DNA of 64,000 bases. It comes from Hyphochytrium catenoides. Taxonomy: Eukaryota > Protista > Hyphochytriomycota. The DNA lies in NCBI GenBank assembly GCA_900088475.1, contig FLMG01004035.1, positions 11,660 through 75,659 on the forward strand, in the 5' to 3' direction. A program made the translations under genes and the position numbers. Below are positions 12,301 through 24,803 of this stretch, piece by piece (positions within the stretch are counted from its first letter, which is position 1; each line of letters opens with the position of its first letter). The notes beneath the pieces were generated by a model. That model did not search any database. It saw only the letters and a list, made by a program, of their open reading frames with translations, and was not told the DNA's origin.

Positions 12301-14752
12301 GGCAGGAGATAGCTCTTACCGCCTTCGAGGGGAAGGCTTTTGACCTCCCGATCCTCGGGAAGGGAAGGAACTTCCTCTTTCATGCAGAGGAAAAGTGTCA
12401 AATAGTCCTCAGAACCTCCCAATGCCCTAACAGATCTTTGCATCGCCTCTGCGAGCCTTTTCTCCATTGTATCGACTTGCCGGTTCAATACCGCTGCGCG
12501 CTTGTCGAAAGCTGTGAGGGTGAAAGGTCAATGTTAATGGAGAACAAGTAACAACGGTCTCAGGAGCCAAGGCGCGGACAGCCTTTATACAGGCCTTGCG
12601 GTGAAGATGACGTAGTCTGAGGGCTAAAGAGCCTAAGCTGAGCACCGAGGAGCAACTGATCTTGACAAAACTAGACTGAGGGGTTGGTCAACAAGCTACC
12701 TTCTCCAGCGGCTTTGTCTGCCCCAGGCCCCATCTCCACGACATGGTAAGCAGAAAGACGCTTCCAGATGTCTCTAAGAGAGCCAAAAGGCGTCGCAAAG
12801 TTTGGTCTAAAGCTTCTTACAAGGTCCGTCCGATATGCTTGATGTAGTCTGCTGAAGATGGTTAGAGAAATATTTGGCTCGAAAGACCAGGTGAGCTAAG
12901 ATGAGGGATTTAAATAGAAGAGAGACGGTGGGAGGGTGCTGGGGCAGCCAAAGAGGAGAAGGAAAGACAGTAAAGCAGTCAGAAATGTTCTCTCATGTAG
13001 GGAGAGAAGTGCTGACCTCTTTCGTCTCTTTAACCGCTCCTCAGGGTCTTCATCAGCTATTTTTGGCGTAACCCTTCCACTGGCTGGTCCTCTCTTCCCT
13101 CCTAATGAACGACCAGGCGAGCCAACTGAGCCCCTTCCTCCTTGGATCTTCGGTGATTTAACTGTCTTACTTCCTGATGTGTTGTTGGGGCTCTGTTTAG
13201 TCTTGCCCGGTAGCGAAACCGTGCGAGATACCACTGCCTTCGCGCCCTTAACTTTTCTATTCACCTTCATGATGGGCTTCTTGGTGCTATTCGCACCACC
13301 GACAGCCCCTGTCATTGGAGTCTTCTTGCCTGGCCCTTTCTTTCCTTCTCCTTTAGACTTCTTAGTGTTTGACTTTTCCTCGACGCTGCTCGCCTTCCCC
13401 ACAGCAAGGGGGAGATCCGTGAAAGGCTTAGGGCTAGTTGACTTAGGTGTTGCCACGCGAGAGACGCCCTTTTTTACCCCGGTGCCACCTTTCTGGGCGG
13501 CGACCTTTGCAGACTTCTTTGTTGGTGCTGACTTTGAAGGCTGCTTACTCACCAGGGGTGGGAAAGATGGCCCAGACGAAATTGGTGAAGCTGCGGGTGA
13601 CTTATGCTGTGAAGGACCGCTCACGGCGGTCACACCCAGTTCTGATGGGCCTGGCTCTGACTCCCGGGGCGACGGCTCATCATCATGGATGATGGAGTCA
13701 AAAATAGTCATCATCTGACCTCCCCCTCCCCCTCCCCCTCCCTAGAGATAATCAAAAGGAAAGAGAAAGAGCCGAGTGAAGAGGGCAAATGAGAGACGAC
13801 CCAGAAGTGGCATGTAGCAGCAACAGACCCGTATCACACATTCTGACCGAGAGAATTGCTGGATAGGGCTACTAAGAAGTGAGAAGAATATGGAACGAAG
13901 ACAAAAGGTATGGTTCTCAGTAAAGTGATTGGACTGAGAGGTAGGGTTATATGCGCACACTCGCAGAGGTGGCATGTAGTGCCTTCAGTTGTTCAGAACC
14001 AGTCAGCCGGTGGGCTTTTGGGCTTTCATATATGACCTCCCTCCAACTTACCGAAAAGCCAGAGCTCATGCCGTTGCGTCCAGGTAGGGAGAAGGTGTGA
14101 GAAGGCGAAAAGATGTTCCCACCGCTTGACTCCTGGCTAGACAGCGCCACTATGAGAGAAAGGCAGAAACATAGCTATTAGTTCAGAAAATAGCAAAGAC
14201 ACGCTAGAGAACGACTCTTACTTCGGTCCTGTGAGCCCAGCATGGGAGAAGAAACTCCCACACCTGTTGAGTGTCCGAAGCCGCCATGGAGGCTCATGGG
14301 CATGGGAATAGGAGCGGCAATTGGATCCAGGCCAAAGCTGTTCCTCGCGTCTAGGTGGCCCTCATCACCGCTATCCATGGTACTTCCACCCCTCTGAGCT
14401 TTCCCTTCACACCTTACGGCAGCTTAAGCAATCAGAATGTTGCTCTCCTGTCCCTAGACTAAAAGCTATTGTGCAAGATAGCGCGGGGTATGCACACCCC
14501 TTGTTGGCCTGTGAGTCAGAAAGGAGGAGGACGCCGCCCATAACCATCTCGTGCTAACGTCATGTCCAGGCAACCAAAACCCTTTCGCCAGAGATGGACA
14601 CACCCACTTATAAGCTGTCTGCCGGGCTCCTTTTGTCGCCAACGGCTCTCAGGGTTGGAAGAGGCTCTGTGAGGCCCGGACTCGGGGAGTCTGCAGCCAT
14701 CATTTGTCCCAAGAATCTCCCCCAAAACTCTTTCTGCAGACAAAAGCTTCAT
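9320..14752 (-). CDS. Large multi-exon low-complexity protein (Ser/Pro/Lys-rich, acidic and coiled-coil segments), function unknown; both ends uncertain
   Basis: Successive long minus-strand ORFs 13947..14150, 12896..13714, 12225..12488, 11894..12181, 11092..11763, 10534..10995 and 10061..10537, bounded by GT/AG sites. A phase-consistent splice gives RLHQAYRTDLRHLEASFCLPC...FDKRAAVLNRQVDTMEKRLAEAMQR. Confidence 0.6.
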
Positions 14753-15247
14753 CGCATGAAGGCCGTTAGCGGTAGTTTGAAATCAAAAACCGGTATGATG
14801 TTCAGTACGTGCTATTAAGAGTAGCTACCTACGCCTAGCCTCTAAAGGCAGATATTACTACGTTTGCAATTTGAAAAGATCAGTCCGATCTCTAATTCTT
14901 TGATGGTATAAAAGGAATTGGAACGCTTGTTTGCAAAGATCAGAAACGAGTCCAAGATGCTGATTTAGATTTGATACAGTAACTGTCAAAAGGAATCTTT
15001 CGTTTAATTCATCTCTGATCTCTCTACTTGATCTGGTGGTGGATGGAGACAACAGAACGGAGACCCAGGCTGCAGACTGAAGATGCAGACGAAGATTGCA
15101 GATGATGAAGCTTCAGACGTACGAGCATCGCTTCCTTTGAAGATACAGAAATCTTGAAAACTAAGTCCAGGTCTGAGTCGTTGGATTCCAGATCAGCCAG
15201 GGCACGGTGTACACTACACAGTCTTAGGATTCTATCGGCTACAAATT

Positions 15248-15723
15248 ATGGCTCTTAGGTGAGAAAGTTGCTTGCTGAGATCTGAAGACTGCCCTCTCGC
15301 CTCCCACTAAAGCCACTCCTCTCTCTCATAGCTTTGTAAGGTCCCTCTTCAGTCCAATTTCAACCGTCCTTCCTTCCAGTCTCACACCAGCGCCAGCATG
15401 TTTTCAGGTCCCTGCCTTAGGGGTAAGTTTAGTTTATTGATTTGCTGCTGCTGCAGTGGTAGCTGACTGCCTTAACTTTTTTATAGCCAGGAGGGTTACT
15501 AGGATCTGTCCGTTCAATGGGCAAGTATAAGCTCAAGACTCATCAGTCCGTGAAGAAGAAGTTCTGGCGCACCGGCTCTGGGGCGCTGGTTAGAGCTCAA
15601 TCTAACCGGAATCACAAGCTGTCGAAGAAGAACAGGCATCGCCTCAGCCGGTTAGGCAACACAGTCACAGTGATCGGACAACATCGGAAGAATATCCTTA
15701 GACTGATGCCTTACAGCAAATAG
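15248..15723 (+). CDS. MRPL35: Nucleus-encoded mitochondrial ribosomal protein bL35m with presequence; exons 15248-15258, 15332-15422, 15487-15723
   Basis: KLKTHQSVKKKFWRTGSG...RAQSNRNHKLSKK...RLSRL...ILRLMPY is a bL35 signature. Two canonical introns (GTGAGA..TAG, GTAAGT..TAG) add an N-terminal Ser/Arg-rich leader with no acidic residues (MALSFVRSLFSPIS...GSVRSM). Confidence 0.93.
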
Positions 15724-16153
15724 TTAGATTCAATAACACATATTTAAGCCCCGCTTTGGACTGTCTGACCAGTTGAAGGGCTCCGGCTGTTTGACCATAT
15801 CAGATGCGAAGGAGAGCTCTAGCCTTCGGTCGTGGCGCGCCCCACATTCTTTTTCAAGAGGAAAGCCGGGAGCGCTTGATAATCCTGACGGCGCTAGCAG
15901 TAGAACAAAGGTGCTTCAATTGAGACTCTACAGTCTCTTACCTGCTCTTGCAGAGAGAGGACGAGAGAGGGTCCCTTGATTCATGATGGCATGGTTAGAT
16001 TCACACCCTTTGTCAGAAGGAATTCGGAAGCGCTTCATAGGCCCTTCCTCACTAGCCGTAGAACCGAGGTGCCTTGATTGGAGATTCTAGAGTCTCATAC
16101 CTTCTCGTGTAAAGCGAGGACAAGAGAGGAGTGCTGGACCCTTGACGGCATGG

Positions 16154-19100
16154 TTAGCTCTTGATGTCATCAAGGTACTCCTTGACGCCAGCGACAATGC
16201 TCTTCCACTCCGCAACCATCGCTTTTTCCTCCTTCATCATCTTCCTCTTGTACTGCAACTCAAAATTGCTCTGATACTCCTTCTGAAAGTCTTTCCATTT
16301 CTTGATGTGCTTCTTTGCTCTCTTCACCGTGGCAGGCAGCACCTCCCCATAGTCTAGGAGCTCCTTTTCCATCAGAGAGATCACCTGCGCACTTTCCTCC
16401 CTTAATTTCAAGGCTTCAGAAGGTTCAGCGGTGACCTTTCTCTTGGGCACTTTTCTCTTCACGTAAGTGATCTTGCCATCCTCTGCAACAACCTCCTGTT
16501 CCTCGATGACGTAGTCTTCTCCCTCGACACCGTCAAGATCTCCGTCTTCTGGTGGAAGGACTAACCTGTCCTCCTGCTTTGGGTCTGTCTCAAGCTTGGC
16601 TTCGGCTATCTTGATACCTTCACCTCCATCAGGTAACTCTTTTGAAGTCTCATGTCCCTCTTTCTCTTCGCCTATCTCCTGTTCCGTCTTCCCCTCCTTT
16701 TCCTTCTCATTCGAGGACTCATTCGGTAAAGGTTCTGAGCCAGTGAGTTGGGCCGAGGGCTCTGGCAGCTGCTCTTGCCCGTCTAAGTGGGTTCCTGTCA
16801 AGATGGTGAAAGATAGTATGCATTAGAGCGGCACTGCGTACAGAGCAATCAAGATAATCCTGAGAATGTCAAGGGAAGAGAAAAATGAGAAAGGGATAGA
16901 GCGCTAGGCAAACATCGGCATGCGGCTGGAGGATTAGATACCTTTTCCGCCGTCAGGTGGTTCTTTATCCACGCCTACATTGACTTCTGGAACGCCCGCT
17001 GCCGTGCAAGATTGCTTCTTAGCAGCATCGGCAGGTAGCGGGGTTTCTCTCAAGCGGAGCAGCAGTTTGTCTCCCGTCTGTCCCTTAATAATATTCTTCA
17101 CCTCCTCCAAGGTCTGGAAGTTTGTCACGTTTTTGCCATTTGCTTCCACCAGCTGCTGTCCAGGCTTTATCGTAGAGCGAAGCGAAGGATATGGACAAGA
17201 AGTCTCCAAGGATGCAACGATAATATGAAGCCTATTCTCAGACTTCTGCTCTTCTAAGTGCAGCCAATTGAGAAGCAAGGTGCCGCTGATTCCCCGAAGC
17301 TCCAGAGCTAGTTCATCCTTCTCGAGTCTGGCTACGAAGACAGAGGCTTCTACCGTGCCTATAGGATAGCAGTGAGTCAGGAGACCCCTTCAGATTGAAC
17401 ACGATGAGCTGGGAACTTAAGATTGGCAATCTGAGTAGGGATAGACCTTGCCGCATGGAAGAGAAAGACGGAGACAGATCACATAGATACAAAGCCAGAC
17501 AGAGATAGGGAGATATCAAGAGAGCGAAGCGAGCTAACACATAACAGAGAAGTTAATCCACTACACCCGCAAGGGAGAATCGTGACTGCAAAAAGGTATC
17601 CATCAGCAGCGTCAAACCCAAACTCAAAGACGTACTCTGCTCTTTCTCTATAACATCCAGACTCGTTCGATAGAACCCTAGCAGCGCCCTGGACTTCAAG
17701 CGAGAGAGGATACTCACGACTTCTTCCAGAGTCTCACCATCCACAATCCTCCCATTAATCCGCACAAGCTGGTCGCCGGGTCTCACCACCGAAGAGATGG
17801 CAGGAGGACAGTGTGCATTTATCTTAGAGACAACCACGGCAGAGCAAGACGCAGACGATATAGGAGTCTCCGGTGCATTTTGTTCCCCTTCAATCTTCTT
17901 CTCCTTATCAACTATGCCCCTCTCCACTTTGAAGCCCAACCCAAGACGAGGAAATAGACGTGGGTCCCAATAAACTGCCAAAGGAGGAGGTGCTGCCCTT
18001 CCCGTCGGGCCCTTTGCATCTCTGAAGTATTTTCTCCCTCTTAGAAAGGCGGAGCAAGCTAGAGCTCGGATGAGAAACTGCTTTTTGAAGGGCAGGAATA
18101 GGGCCTGCAAGTTCAGAGGTGGCGAAGAGGGATACCGCTAGCGGTCAATCGTAGCAGTCGAAGGAGAGTCTCAAAGATTTAGAGTCACATTAGATAAAGT
18201 CAGAGAAGTAGATGACAGAACAAACTTCAATAGCAATGCCGAGAGGGAGAGGACAGCATCATCAGGGAAGAGCACGGCGTTCTGAAGGGCGTATTTACGT
18301 TGTTAGTTGTTCCTTCTTACCCTCTGATAATCATGTCTTTCTACTTCCTCTTTGAGCTGTGGCAGATCTCTTTGCAGGAGAGGATGCGGCCGGTAGGAAC
18401 GTGGAGCCACCAGCTGGTATGCGGCAGAGACTTCTGATGCCGCACTGCGCAGAGAGGCCTAATCGATTGGATATTAGTAAAGTGGCGAAGTTAGGCAGCC
18501 CTTGCGATGGAGCGAAGATGTTTTTCAGCTATAGGAAGTATCGCAAAGAGGAAAAAAAAAGAGACAGACCTGTATAAAGCAGTCCGTTGTAGACGCAGTA
18601 GCCAACTCCGCTCGCAGTGAAGCATAGATAGGAGGCAGAAGGTCCACAGGAGCGATACTTTGAGTGGACGAGTAAACCTAGGCAGGTAAACAGTCAAGGA
18701 GTCTGATGGGGGCCACGATCAGAGGCATAGGAGAAAGAGAGCAAAATGGTCTACTTAGGGTGGAAGAGTAAAACAGGAGAAGATAGAGGCAGAGAACCCT
18801 TATCAAAGACCAGGATAAGGTAGAGCTAGGCAGGTGGGTAAGCCAGGCAAAAGAGAGCCAAAGTGCAGAGACATGGCGGACTCAATGGAGCGATCTCAAA
18901 AGAAGGGAAAGATCATGTACCAGCTGTACGGTCCTTCGGGCCTCCTCAATAAGCACGAGAGCCTTTCGAACTAGGCTCTGGTGAGCTATCACAGAAGGAT
19001 GCACTCTACAGACCGGCCATAGGTGGAGCTGCCAGGCCAAGGAAAGGGGAGACAGGAAAGTCAGGGACCAAGGATCGGGAAGAAGACGTTAAAAAACGGC

Positions 19101-22100
19101 TCCAGAAGAGAGAAAGAAAGAGAGAGACAGAGGGACAGAGAGTGACACCGAGAGAGAGAGACCCACACAAAGAGAGGAGATCTCACCCCTCTCCGTGACA
19201 ACTCTTTTTTTTCTTGTGTGGACCCTCTGGAAAAAGCTTTCCAGAGCTTGTACTCCGACCAGAAGAAGAGACAGAGGCGTCCCAGCGTGAGCCCATTTAT
19301 CAATATAAGTACTATATTTTGAGAGTACGCCACTGTGAAGACGCTTTTCCAGCCGCTGGCGATCAAAACACCTAGCAGAAGGGGAAGTTGATAGATAGGA
19401 AGTAGCAAGGATATGGTCAGCAAACCCACCACTAGATGAACCAGGCACAAGTGTGAAAGAATTGGGAGGTTGATGGCTTCATAAAGACAGAGTAAAGTAG
19501 AGTGAGAGAAGCCAGAAGACCTATGTAATACACCGAAAATGGATAAAGGAAGAGATAGGCGTCAGAGACCGTGAAGTTTGCTTGTAACGGTATCTCTATT
19601 CTTAGGTTACCTGTAGCTGCATTCAGCACCAGCGCTGTGTCCAGCAGGTGACAGAGCTCGTTGGAAGAGCGCAGACGGAAGGGAGATTGGTAACCCCTGT
19701 ACACTGCATAACAGAGAAGTACCAGAAAGGTACCCACACTTTGCGGGAATGAAGAGGAAAAGATCGGTCCGACAGTCATCGCCGCAATAATACCCTTGAG
19801 AAGAGAGAAGGGAGTGAGTGATAGGGACTGAGATCAGAATAGCAGTAACACCAAGAAGTCACTGAGTAAAGACTGACCGCTCTATATAAGAACTTTTAAA
19901 GGCGTACGTAGAAGCTAGTCAAACTCTCAAAGAGTAGAGAGGATATAGACGAAGGTTTGATAGGCTTTCTCCTACCAGGCGTAAGCAGAGGCTAAACACA
20001 GGCATCCAGATGCCTGAGCGGGTGAGAGAGGACACGAGGTAAAAACCTTCAGTGTAGTAGTCGGAGCTAAGGCCAAAGAGAAGCTCGTACTCCTTGAGCT
20101 CCAATAGAGCCAAATGAGACTCTGCAGTACCAGTGAATGAGTATATTAGCAAGAGAGTGAGGAGTGAGAGAGAGAGAAGAGAGAGATGGAAGAGCGAGGG
20201 CGAGAGAGAGAGAGGGAGAGAGACTCCCGGAGGACGACAACCCAACACTGGAAGATATATTACCCTCCCGTAGGTCATAACGTGTCGTCTAGGTCCTCAC
20301 CTTGTCCATCTAGGATCACCGTCGCTTTCACCAGCCCTACAACGTGTGACAAGCTCCAGATGGCAATGGCCAGTAATACCAACAAACAAGTTGCAGCGAT
20401 GGCGCTGTAACGAGAGAGTGAGACGTTAGGCAGATACCCCTCGGCGAGTAATTGCAGTGAAATTAAGAGGATATATCTTTGCAGGCGATGGTTACGGCCG
20501 GGTAGGAGTTAATTATATAAGAAAGCCACCAATCAATAAAAGGCTGAAGAATCAGTTGACCAAGAATAGGCGACGCTTGAGACATAGGGGAGAGAACAGA
20601 TAACGATGGAAGGTAAATGAAGATGCGAATGAGAGAGAAGAAGAGAATTAAAGAAAGAACGAGAGGCGGAGCGAGAAAGAGAGAGCTAGAGGGAAAAAAA
20701 GAGAAAATGAGAGACAGAGACAGAGTGAGTAAGAGAGAGAGAGGCGCAGAGGAAAAGAGCAGAAAGAGTAATATGTCTAGCAATAATACGTACAGGTTAT
20801 TCGAAGTGATGCATCTCTCAGTGGGGTCAAGGGCGAACTTTCCCTCGAATGTGCAAACAAGCGGTCTACTGAGCGTGAGCAGAACTACGGAAGTGCGTTA
20901 GAAGAAAAGGGGAAACGGGGGGAAAAACGAAGAGTTACGGGCAGAACGCTCCCGCATCATCCCTGTTTAAAGTTCTTTTTCCTTCTTGTTCTCACCAGGG
21001 ACAAACACCAGTTGGCCGATGTAGAGAGCGTATGCCTTAAGTCTTGCTTCAACTTCAAGAGAACTGCCTCTGAAGTATAACTGCAGCCATTGCCTCTGAC
21101 GGGAGGTCCAGAGGAGGAGGAGACAATAAATGGACAAAGGCACCAGGAGCCAGAGTCCAGCATAGATCACGTACAGCTCGTAGCTGGTCCTAGATAGAAA
21201 GCAGGCGCAACTGACGGTGAGAGGGAGCTAAGCCTTGGAGAGCTGTACGGTAACGGAAGGAAGACGCAGAGACGAGAAGAAAGAGAAGTGAAAGAACTGG
21301 AGGATGCGTGAGGAAGAGGGCAAGAGCTACAGGCAATGACAGAGGGAGGCGCATGAAATGGAAAGCCTACAGGTAGAGAGAGAGAGAGAGGCAGAGAGAG
21401 AGAGAGGGAAAGAGAGAGCCAGAGAGAGACAGAGAGAGGGAAAGAGAGGGAAAAGTAAGTGAGAGGGAGAGACAAACAGAGAGAGACAGAGAGAAAGACG
21501 GCGCAAGGTACGAGGAGGACGATAAGATAAAGTCCCAGTTCGATAGCAGGAACGATGTATGCCTTTCAGACTTGATTCGTTTGTCTAGTTCCGAAATGCA
21601 CATGAATAGATAAAGCTTCTGAGCCCTCACCAAGAGTTGCCTGATCCGGCTCTAAAGGCTCCAGGCGCTAAGCTGTACCAGTCACAGATAAAGACAAGGA
21701 CCCACTGGGTCCAAGCCGTCCACTGCTGGGACCAGGGCCAAGCTCTCGAGGCGTTCCATAGGAGACCGTAGAGCTGAAGAAACTCTAGGATAAGAAGCGC
21801 TTTCTCTGCCCAGAACCTGGAGAGTTGGGAGCTGATGAAAGGATAAGAACCAGGTGAAGATGATAGTTAACAAGAGTAAAAGAGCCTATTTTATACCACA
21901 GACAAGCTGATGATAGGGAGACGTAGAGTAGGAGAACTACGGAGAACATGCCTTCATAAGTATGGAGCTAAGCTGCAAGGAGCAAGGGAGTGAGCCAACA
22001 GCTACTGGTATGGACGTACTCTTCCGTAAGGTTCGGGTTCTGGCGCTTCAGCTCTTGAAAATAAGCATCAATATCCTCTTTCTCCGCCGGCTGAACGACC

Positions 22101-22198
22101 TCCACTAAAGATCCCGGAGCTCGGACCTCACCCAACAGCTTACTCCCAGGAGGCAAGGGTGTGATATTCGTGCTTCTGCGGCGTAACAGAGACATCAT
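16154..22198 (-). CDS. Multi-pass membrane protein (TRP-like/flavin-carrier-type TM region) fused to two PDZ domains and an acidic/coiled-coil tail
   Basis: Many hydrophobic exons (21682-21873, 20957-21170, about 20280-20410, 19432-19779, 19185-19400) with motifs LFGLSSDYYTEGFYL and YQSPFRLRSSNEL. Phase-0 exons at about 19028-18921, 18677-18570 and 18458-18321 link them in frame to PDZ1 (LGLGF..VVVSKI..VRPGDQLVRINGRIVDGETLEEVVSIL). PDZ2 follows (IKPGQQLVEANGKNVTNFQTLEEVKNII). Confidence 0.75.
21375..21497. repeat. Imperfect (GA)n tract (TC-rich on the sense strand) in an intron
   Basis: Directly visible. Similar tracts at 19105-19160, 20160-20224 and 20630-20760. Confidence 0.9.
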
Positions 22199-23608
22199 TC
22201 GAGCCGCCACTTAAGTTTTAACGGAATCAGAGCAGGTTACCCCATAGGGGCGTGTCCGGAGCTTTATCACCCATTCAGAGCCAAAGATGGCTCACGCCAA
22301 AAGTCAGTCGAATATGCGGCCTGATGGGAGATCATCCTACCGAGCCATCACTCATCAGCTTTGACTTAGCCATCCGCTCTCATCCTTGCTTCGTCCCCGT
22401 CCGCCTGACTTCTATATATATATAGCTACGACATGACTACGCGGCGACAGGCGCAGCATGGACAACAGCCAAGAAGCAGTGAGTTGGCTGGCAGGTTCGA
22501 TGAGCCTGCTGATCGAAAGGAGAGACAGGACTCCGCGGAAGGGGAAGAAGACCTTGACCATCCTGTCAGCAAAGAAAGAAGCACTTCTTGTCTTGGTCTG
22601 CGAAGATAAGGATGTCCGTTTCAGGCTAAAGGTTTCGTTTCGCTGTTAGAATTTTAAAGTTGGAAACCTTGCCAGCAATAAATACAGCGAATAAAGGAGG
22701 CGAAAACTTGATACTGAAGCTTTCGCACAACCAAGAATAAGTTTCCTTTCTGAAAAACTATCTTCAATAAGCTGGTGATTGACGCTGCGAAAGCGGTGCG
22801 TCTTCCCTTCTACACCTTCTCGTCTCCATCACCAACGAGAAGCTGGATGGATCGGCAAGAAGAAAGGAAGCGCATGCTCAGTGACAGAGTGTGTCATTCT
22901 TTCTTTTGACAGAGTGAACGTGGGCTTGCTTGGGTGGCTATCGCTGGTCTCTGCCAATTTTCGGATGTGTATTGTCTGGTCCAATGTATTGGACCTTAAG
23001 AAACGGTTGGGTCGAGATAGAAGAAAGAAGACCGCAGATTGGCAACATGGTGACGCTGAAACGTCTTCCTTGTACTATCACTTAATTGAGCTGGGTCTCC
23101 TTGCCTTTCCCTTTCGTGTGGTCTCTGAGCTGTTGCCTGGCTCACAATATTAGAACCTTGACCCTGAGGATCAAAGGCAATTGCTAAAGGGTAGTAGACA
23201 TAGATTGTGAAGGTTACCTTAGGGCGTACATTGAAACTTCAATAAGGACATGAAGAGAAGGCAGGCCAGATGTCAATAGTGCTGTGGGGAGGCCAAGCAA
23301 TCTGGCTCTTGGCCAGTATTTACCGGGTGAACCATGCGCCTAATAACACTTTTTTAAAAAGTTGATGAGCTTCGAAAAGTATCACCCTGTTACTGGCTTC
23401 CTTTCTCCTTCACTGCTTATCGAGCTTCCATGTTCTGTAAGAGGTGATATACAGCAAGCCCTCATTATCTACCACCACAATAGCTTCAACGACGATCCTA
23501 TCTTCAGCTCTGTAAGACACTGTCAGAAGCATCTTCCAACGGAGCTTATTACTTTGTCACTCCTTCCTAGCATAGATATGGCCTCGTAGCGTGAGACTGT
23601 ACACCGGA

Positions 23609-23638
23609 NNNNNNNNNNNNNNNNNNNNNNNNNNNNNN
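23609..23638. other. Assembly gap (N run)
   Basis: Run of n. Confidence 1.
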
Positions 23639-23799
23639 TGTTGCAGGGAAGCTGGCCTAGTAAGACCGTGACAAATGGACAGCTAACCAAAAAGAGCAGA
23701 GTAATAAGATTTATGAATAATACTCCGTTGTTTCTTTGCTTTATAGCGTACTAAAAGGACTTATAGCCGCCGCAAGGGAAGCCGGTAGACGGAAGGAAG

Positions 23800-24803
23800 T
23801 TACATCAAAGAGTATACAGCGAACGCTACAACCGTAGAAACGACGCTGAGGCAGACTGAAGCAGCATCGCTCTTCTTTGCAGGCTGCACGTTGTTCTTGG
23901 TGGTCGTCTGAGTTGCTGCCTTTGCAGTAGAAGGAGCGGGCTCTGCCTTTTTGGTGGTAGGAGCAGGAGTCGGAGCAGGAGCAGGTGCTCTCTCAGTAGG
24001 AGCAACGGTAGGAGCCACAACTGGTACCGTGGTGGTAGGAACCACAGGGGCGTGGGTTGGTGCCAGAGTGGGTTGTGTTGGGACCACAGGTGGGCGAGTG
24101 GTGGGAACGTGTGGCTGGTAGTAGATCTTGTCAGTCTTATCAAAGTCGTAGTGCTTGGTCTTCTTCGCTCTCTGCCACTGGGTGTGCACGTTCTTTCCGT
24201 GGTACTTGAAGAGATCATCTACGCCGTAGATCTTAGGCTTGTAAGGCTCCTCATCATCCTTTTGATAGTGACGTCCATACTCATCAGGATAGTAATCCTC
24301 GTCGTAGTATTCGTCCTCTTCCTCAGGGTAGTACTCGTCCTCCTCTCCGTAGTAATCCTCCTCTGGATAGTACTCTTTCTCATGGCCATACTTGTCCTTG
24401 CCGTACTGCTCCTCGGGGTAATACTCCTCTTCATGGCCATACTCGTCCTTGCCATAGTACTCGTCTCCGTGATACTTATCAGGATAGTACTCGTCCTCTT
24501 CGCCATAGTATTCATCCTCTTCAGGATAGTACTCATCATCCTCCTCGTAGTAGTCGTCTCTGGGCTGAGAGTAGTGGTTGCTGTAAGTGCCAATACCTAC
24601 CGACTTCTGCATGACCTGACCTCTTCGACTGCACGTTTATAGGACGAGAGAAGTCAAGAGGGGAATATTAGACTTTTCTGCGTGTGCTGTTCTACGATAA
24701 CATAGACTTACACTGAAGGGCGGAACTGCCTGTGCTGGCGGACATCAGCAGAAGCACAGGCAGCAATGGCCGCAAGGGTGATGAGCTGGGTAGCGATCTT
24801 CAT
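23800..24803 (-). CDS. Secreted, probably GPI-anchored Tyr/Glu/Asp-repeat cell-surface or wall protein (306 aa); exons 24803-24712, 24628-23800
   Basis: Signal peptide MKIATQLITLAAIAACASA. GTAAGT..GCAG phase-2 intron joins in frame. EEDEYY(P/G) repeats, then a Pro/Thr stalk and C-terminal KKSDAASVCLSVVSTVVAFAVYSLM (small-residue omega site plus hydrophobic tail). Confidence 0.9.
24280..24560 (-). repeat. Coding tandem repeat, about 21-nt units encoding EEDEYY(P/G), with GKD(E/K)YGH variants
   Basis: Recurring plus-strand motif (g)tagtactcgtcctc(t/c)tc and its translation. Confidence 0.9.

Noticed and set aside
12700-12850. Alternative spliced frame YIKHIGRTLDIWKRLSAYH resembling a GIY-YIG/T5orf172 nuclease motif
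   Set aside because: It is out of phase with the upstream donor and hits a stop two exons later. Another frame (RLHQAYRTDLRHLEASF...) is phase-consistent on both sides.
10835-13718. Long plus-strand ORFs (10835..11545, 11296..11778, 12936..13718)
   Set aside because: Antisense shadows of low-complexity minus-strand exons; no domain-like content.
24052-24642. 196-aa very hydrophobic plus-strand ORF
   Set aside because: Antisense shadow of the Glu/Asp/Tyr repeat gene.
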